Below the pieces are notes generated by a model. It did not search any database. It saw only the letters and a list, made by a program, of their open reading frames with translations, and was not told where the DNA came from. A stretch of 57,364 nt of DNA, filler included, from Sphacelaria rigidula (Eukaryota), in assembly GCA_964200075.2 (NCBI GenBank). It is 6 parts of 6 records of this genome, joined end to end, with 100 filler letters (N's around TTAATTAATTAA, not from the genome) between each part and the next. Parts side by side here need not be neighbours in the genome. Positions count along the whole stretch, not along the records: positions 47,890 to 57,364 come from CAXNAA020008404.1; 5 more parts are not named here. The stretch is one strand, 5' to 3'. Position 1 is the first letter of the stretch, and each line of letters begins with the position of its first letter. Positions 51,883 to 57,364 of the stretch are shown here, one piece after another. The position numbers were made by a program, and so were the translations under genes.

Positions 51883-53104
51883 AGGTTACCATAGAACACG
51901 TAACAGCTGTATGATTATAGCATGGCACTGAACCCGGCATTTACCGTAGCTGTACGCAAGAACGCTGATTGTTCAGACAAACGACAGGCGCGAAATATGA
52001 CAATCGAAGACAGCTGCGCTAGTCGCAATCGTCCATTGCCACAACAACACGTATTCTACACAGCGGCTACTCCATCTGTACAAGTGAAATTAACGTGACG
52101 GGGCCCGTTGCTGTGCGTCGGATCCACGCGAGAGACACAGAGGAACCCCGTTTGCCATATCGTATTAGACTTTTTCTCTCACCGGACGAGTGTTAATACT
52201 TCCCGCGGAAACCGAAGGCACCGATGAAATTCAGATTTGACGCTGCTGTAGCAATGAATCGAACCTCGAAGCTCTGGTGGAGTTGGCCGAAATCTGACGG
52301 AGAGGGGGCAGAGAGAGGTACTCCTAGACGAGTACAAACGTTGTCGATCATGAACATCAGGAATAATATCTTTTGTGTAAATTGCATACCGGTCAGGTGG
52401 CAGAGGACCAATTCGGTATTGCCCAGACATCGTTTCATCCCCCTTGAAAATTACGTGACCTGAAAGTGGGTTTAAGGCGACGTCATTAACGCGTACTTCG
52501 CTATCCCGGAGAAACGCGACATGAAGGTGGGGTTGTGTCTGCGGACAACCTTCAGAACATCCCGCCCAAGCGCATGTGACACGCCCAGGCTACCAGGGGG
52601 GAAATTTTGAAATACCCGTGCTGGTAGAATTCATTGGGGCATGTACCGACAATCACGCCGGCGGCCTTGTTTTGGCCCCGCTCAATATATATGTTCGCTC
52701 CGTCGTGTGGTGGGCGCTGTTGAACGAAAAGCAGTACAACTCCAACTGCCGAGGCCGAAACAGCCGTCACTTGATGTGATCGTCATCTTGTGCGTCTAAA
52801 GCCGACCTTTTGTGGTGGAAATATGTGTTACCCAGAATGATGCGCCTGTGTAACCGGTTCCGGCCACCATTACATCAGAACGCCTACGTGAAGGCGACAA
52901 CAAGAAAGTGCATATTACCAGTTGAAACGGGCTACGCAGCCCAATACGAAATTTAGGCGCCGAAGAGTGTGCTGTCCATGTCCGATCTCGCCCCTTGGGC
53001 TGGACAGAACTCGCACAACGGTAAAAGCACCGTGCATGGCAGATGGGAAGCCCTTCACTCGCTGAAGGGATGTGTTTGAAACGATACAATCTTCATACTG
53101 ACAA

Positions 53105-53281
53105 TAATGCGTAAGAGAACAGCGTGCTTAGAGGACCGCGCCGTAGTTCCAAATACCTCAGGATCGACGTTTTTCAAAACCAATCGGGTCAGTCCCTGCA
53201 GGTACCACGCCCCCAACCCTAACCCCAACACTAACCCTAATCCTAACCCCAACCACAGGGGTGTTCAACTTCCGATGCGGT
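53105..53281 (+). mobile_element. Telomere-repeat-bearing MITE, copy 2 (truncated)
   Basis: Same body. Most of the right TIR is missing. Confidence 0.85.
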
Positions 53282-53397
53282 GTCAGTCAGGGCAGCCTTT
53301 CAAGTCTGGTACTCACACCCATCATTCCTCGTACTATTTCCCCGCACCCGTTTCGAAACATCGTTGACATGTCACACATGTTCCGTGTGGATACTGG

Positions 53398-53851
53398 TGT
53401 AATGCGTGAGAGGACCTCGTGCTTATAGGACCGCGCCGTGGTTCGAAATACCTCAGGATCGACATTTTTCGAAACCAATCGGGTCAGTCCCTGCAGGTGT
53501 AATGCGTGAGAGGACCACGTGCTTAGAGGACCGCGCTGTAGTTCAAAATACCTGAGGATCGATGTTTTTCAAAACCAATCGGGTCAGTCCTTGCGGGTAT
53601 CACGCCCCTGACCCTAACCCCACCACTAATCTAAACCCCAACCCTTGTAATGCGTGAGAGGACCGCGTGCTCAGAGGATCGCGCCGTAGTTAAAAATACC
53701 TCAGGATCGACGTTTTTCAAAACCAGTCGGGTCAGTCCTTGCAGGTACCACGCCCCTGACCCTAACCCCAACACTAATCCTAACCCTAACTATAAGGATG
53801 TTCAAGTTCCGATGCGGTCCTCCAAGCATGCGGTCCTCTCACGCATCTGCA
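53398..53851 (+). mobile_element. Composite of MITE copies 3-5
   Basis: Left ends at 53398, 53498 and 53646, with a single right end. The whole unit is flanked by CTGG. Confidence 0.85.
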
Positions 53852-53877
53852 CTGGTACGCCCCCCTCTACACCATGG

Positions 53878-54088
53878 TGTAATGCGTGAGAGGACCGCGT
53901 GCTTGGAGGACCGCGCCGTAGTTCAAAACACCTCAGGATTGGCGTTTTTCAAAACCAATCGGGCCAGTCCCTGCATGTACCACACCCCAGACTAAAACCC
54001 CAACACTAACCCTGACCCTGACCCTAACCATAGCGGTGTTCAAACTCCGATGCGGTTCTGTAAGCACACTGTCCTCTCACGCATCACA
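53878..54088 (+). mobile_element. Telomere-repeat-bearing MITE, copy 6
   Basis: Both TIRs present, TSD ATGG. Confidence 0.9.
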
Positions 54089-54418
54089 ATGGCATCACTC
54101 TTACACACAGAGAGAGGTGACAACGCAGATCCGCCGGGGTTAAAAAGTTTCGTTTCTTGCTCGCCTTCTGTGTCCAGGCGACAGCATAGTGCCATAGTCT
54201 TCACTCGTACTCTTTTTATGATTAACAACCCCCTTGGGATTGGGTCGTGAATAGCGGCCATTTGAAGTCTCAGTACTTGCAGGTTCCGAGGAACTACAAT
54301 CTGAGGTCGCCCATGTAAGCAGCAGATACATTCGTATCTTGCACATCGCTCGGCGGATGCGGTCGTGTGAACGTACGCTGCGTATAAAGGTTTTGGAGAA
54401 TGCAAAGTTGGGGGTGGG

Positions 54419-54629
54419 TGAAATGTGTGAGAGGGCCGCGTGCTTAGAGGACCGCGCCGTAGTTACAAACACCTCAGAATCGATATTTTTCAAAGCCAGT
54501 CGGACCAGCCCGTGCAGGTACCCCGCCCCTGACCCCAACCCTAACGCTAGCCCTGACCCTAACCCTAACCATGAGGATGTTCAAATTCCGATGCGGTCCT
54601 CTAAGCTCGCGATCCTCTCACGCATTACA
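54419..54629 (+). mobile_element. Telomere-repeat-bearing MITE, copy 7
   Basis: Both TIRs present, flanks GTGGG/GTGGA. Confidence 0.9.
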
Positions 54630-54924
54630 GTGGATCATACAGTTTCTTGACGCCTTTTCTACGCATCGACTCCTTTCCACGGCATGTTCCATCGTTGCTC
54701 TCCCTCGCCGCGGGGGTCTGAGCACAGTGCGCAGGGATGTACGGTTATTTCATGTAGAAGCGTCTTGAACAGTACTAGGTAGTTGCGGACCGCGTCCATT
54801 TAAGATGTCAGTACTTACAGGTTTGGGGTGACTTCTGCCACAACATATCTTCCCGTGTCTCAACATATTCGAAACCTCCCTCCTCCAACTCTATCGTACA
54901 CATGCGACCATTTGCCTACCTCCA

Positions 54925-55205
54925 AAATTCCTCCAGGTGGGTAAACGTTTCGAGCCTTCAGAGGAATCAAACGCCTCCAGAGGGGTGCGCGGCCCCCCAG
55001 AGGGAGTTTTTTGGTTTCCTCCAGAGGGATTGAACGCCCCTGGAGGCTTACTTTTGCCTCTGGAGGGCCGCGCATACCCCCGAATTCCTCCGGAGGGGTG
55101 CGCGGCTCTCCGGGTCGGTAGTTTGGTTTCCTCCAGAGGGATTGAAGGCCTCCGGAGGCTTGTTTTCCCCTGGAGGGCCGCGCATCCCTCCGGAGGCATT
55201 TCAGG
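54925..55205. repeat. Array of palindromic CCTCC(A/G)GAGG units
   Basis: About 12 variants spaced roughly 19-24 bp apart. Related units at 28925-29075. Confidence 0.75.
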
Positions 55206-55346
55206 GGTCAGCCAAATGGCCGCGTGGGTAGTATCAATCGTAGTGAGAGAACACGGGATCTTACAAATTGGGGATGGATCTTTCACTGGGGATGAGAAGC
55301 TCGGAGAGTGAAACTTTTCGTATCCACACCAAATCTTCGAAATATG

Positions 55347-55569
55347 TGTAATGCGTGAGAGGACCTCACGCTTAGAGGACCTCATGGTAGTTGGAAACAC
55401 CTCAGGATTAACGGTTTTTAGAACCAATCGGGCCAGTCCCTGCAGGGACCACGCCCCTGACCCTAACACCAACACTGACCCTAACCCTAACCCTAACCCT
55501 AACCCTAACCATAGGGATGTTCAAATTCCGATGCGGTCCTCTAAGCATGCCGTCCTCTCACGCATTACA
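55347..55569 (+). mobile_element. Telomere-repeat-bearing MITE, copy 8
   Basis: Both TIRs present, five perfect CCCTAA units, flanks ATATG/ATATG. Confidence 0.9.
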
Positions 55570-55601
55570 ATATGGTTCCATTTTTCACCTACTGATCGCT
55601 A

Positions 55602-55799
55602 TTGACAACTGCTACACGCCACATATATAAACTTGGATTTCGATAATCGAAATGTTGGGGTCCCAGGTGAAACACCAGTTTTGGGCAATATTGGGTTTCC
55701 GAACGGACGCCATAATAGTTCCGAAATTGGTTTTTCACTTAGGACCGCAATATTTCGGTGATCGAAATCCAAATTTCTACGGCGTGTAGCAGTTGTCAA
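55602..55799. mobile_element. Foldback MITE
   Basis: TTGACAACTGCTACACGCC...TTGGATTTCGAT / ATCGAAATCCAA...GGCGTGTAGCAGTTGTCAA. Confidence 0.85.
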
Positions 55800-56799
55800 A
55801 AGTTATCAGGGTCTCTCTTAGCACATGAGTTCTCGATCGAAAAAGTGCGGTGAGGAACAAAAATCCTGATCTGATAGGTCATGATTGTCAGGGAAATGGT
55901 ATGTATGAATGCAAGCAATCAGACACACATTTACCTTTGTTGACGATTGCAGCAACTAGTCTCAGTCTGGGCAGTAACAGCAGCAGCAGTACACGTGCAA
56001 CCAAGAGAAGGATATGACTAGTACACGGGTTGCTGTATCTCCGTAGAACTTGCTGTAGGTATGCTGAGTTCTTCTGGAAACACTTCCAGAACCTTCTTCG
56101 TAGATCTAGATGATTCTGGATTCTGTGTATGTGGGGAAGTGTTGGAATATTCAATGTCAGTCATTGGTAACGACTGCTTATCTATCGTAAGCTATCGCAA
56201 ACAAGTAAGAAATCATTTGAGTGTTCCAGAAATAGTCTGCGGTATATTCTGCGGTACATTATGTTTCCAGAACAAGTTGTCGGGGGATTAATCGGGAGTT
56301 ATCGGTTGTAATATCCCGCGAGTGTTCTAGACGTGTGGAAGTTCTGGAAGTTCATTAGCTGATCGGTTGGCTCGCACACTTGGTGCTCGCCCACCTGATC
56401 ACTCCTCTACTACTTCTCTTTTTCATCACCATCAGCGAAAACTTGACTTCGGGAGTCAGTCAATAGTAATATCTTCATTTCTTCAGTCAAATTCTCTGAC
56501 GGGTCAAACCGTGGCCCGAGTGTAATCCTCCGCGGTAGGCTACTCAGTCTACAAAGCACACGCAGCACAGCACCGCTGCAGCTGCAGGACGCTTTACACT
56601 CTCACCGATCCCTGATTATGGAAACAAAATACACCAGGTATAACGACTCGTCCAGTCATCAACCTCCTCGACCCCTTATTTGGCTACGTATCAAAACTAG
56701 AGAAACAAAAAACACTTAACCGGTGCAGACCTTTTGCGCCTATCCAAGTCTACATGACTGTTTCACGTCCTTTATTCAACAACTGAAGTCCTGGATCTG

Positions 56800-57357
56800 T
56801 TTCACAATTGAAGCGAAACGGTGCTTCCGCAGATGCTTTGTTGCCAAGTCAGCGAGCTATTTCTCGCTGGGCTGGTGATGGCGCCTGATCTGGTTCCGCT
56901 TGATGAGCTCCCTCACGACGAAGTAGCGGAGTGCTATGTGCTTGGTACGAGAGCTGAACATAGCATTCCCTGCCACAGTCAAAGCTCCAGTGCTGTCGCT
57001 GTTGATAGGCGCCGGTCCGTAGGTCTTGAATCCAAGTTCCCTCATGAAGTTCGAGAGATACACCGCTTCCCTGGCACCGAAGCTAAGCGCTTGAAGCTCA
57101 GCTTCGACTGTGCTCTGCGCGATGAGAGACTGAATCTTGGACCCGAAGCTGATGAGTCCCTCTCCCAGAAAGAAGAGGTATGCTGTGGTGGGTTCCCCGT
57201 TGTCTGGGTTTGCTCCAAAGGATGAGTCGGTGAATGCCGTGAGTCGGAGTTGTCCCTGCTTGTGGACGATGGGAAGATCCGGGGCGCCGCGAAGGTATCG
57301 TAGAATAATCCTACGATAGGGGGGGGGGTATTTGGTTGCACGAAAAAAGAGGCCCAT
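56800..57357 (-). mobile_element. Ty1/copia RT end and RNase H fragment
   Basis: ILRYLRG, AFTDSSF, IAQSTVEAE, INSDSTGA, RTKHIALRYFVVRE. A frameshift precedes the LADL-like tail. A 3' LTR may lie in ~55938-56470, but its boundaries were not established. Confidence 0.93.
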
Positions 57358-57364
57358 TAGAGAG

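Noticed and set aside
54090-54405. Gypsy/Ginger integrase zinc-binding region (QIVVPRNLQVLRL...HDP)
   Set aside because: Lacks the GH.G and C-x2-C residues. The resemblance is too weak to call.
51666-55569. True telomere or chromosome end
   Set aside because: The CCCTAA tracts are short, degenerate and lie inside TIR elements.

Overview
This is eukaryotic, repeat-rich DNA. Spliceosomal introns, GC-rich exons, CCCTAA motifs and the transposon repertoire suggest a brown alga or related stramenopile (inference). The window is not one locus. It is six contigs of 9479, 9479, 9477, 9477, 9477 and 9475 bp joined by 100-nt N spacers containing TTAATTAATTAA, so adjacency across spacers is artificial. 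Contig 1 holds a decayed Ty1/copia element and a SINE. Contig 2 holds MITEs, unidentified decayed ORFs and a spliced, broken ParB/Sulfiredoxin-fold gene. Contig 3 holds two divergent host genes and a near-perfect 373-bp foldback. Contig 4 holds exons of a TIS11-type CCCH zinc-finger gene and piggyBac-type MITEs. Contig 5 holds SINEs and a five-intron hAT transposase pseudogene. Contig 6 holds a 44-bp repeat array, eight copies of a TGT...ACA MITE, seven of which carry internal telomere-like repeats, and a copia RNase H fragment. The best novelty candidates are the telomere-bearing MITE family and the ParB-fold gene. All calls were made by eye, with no database searches.
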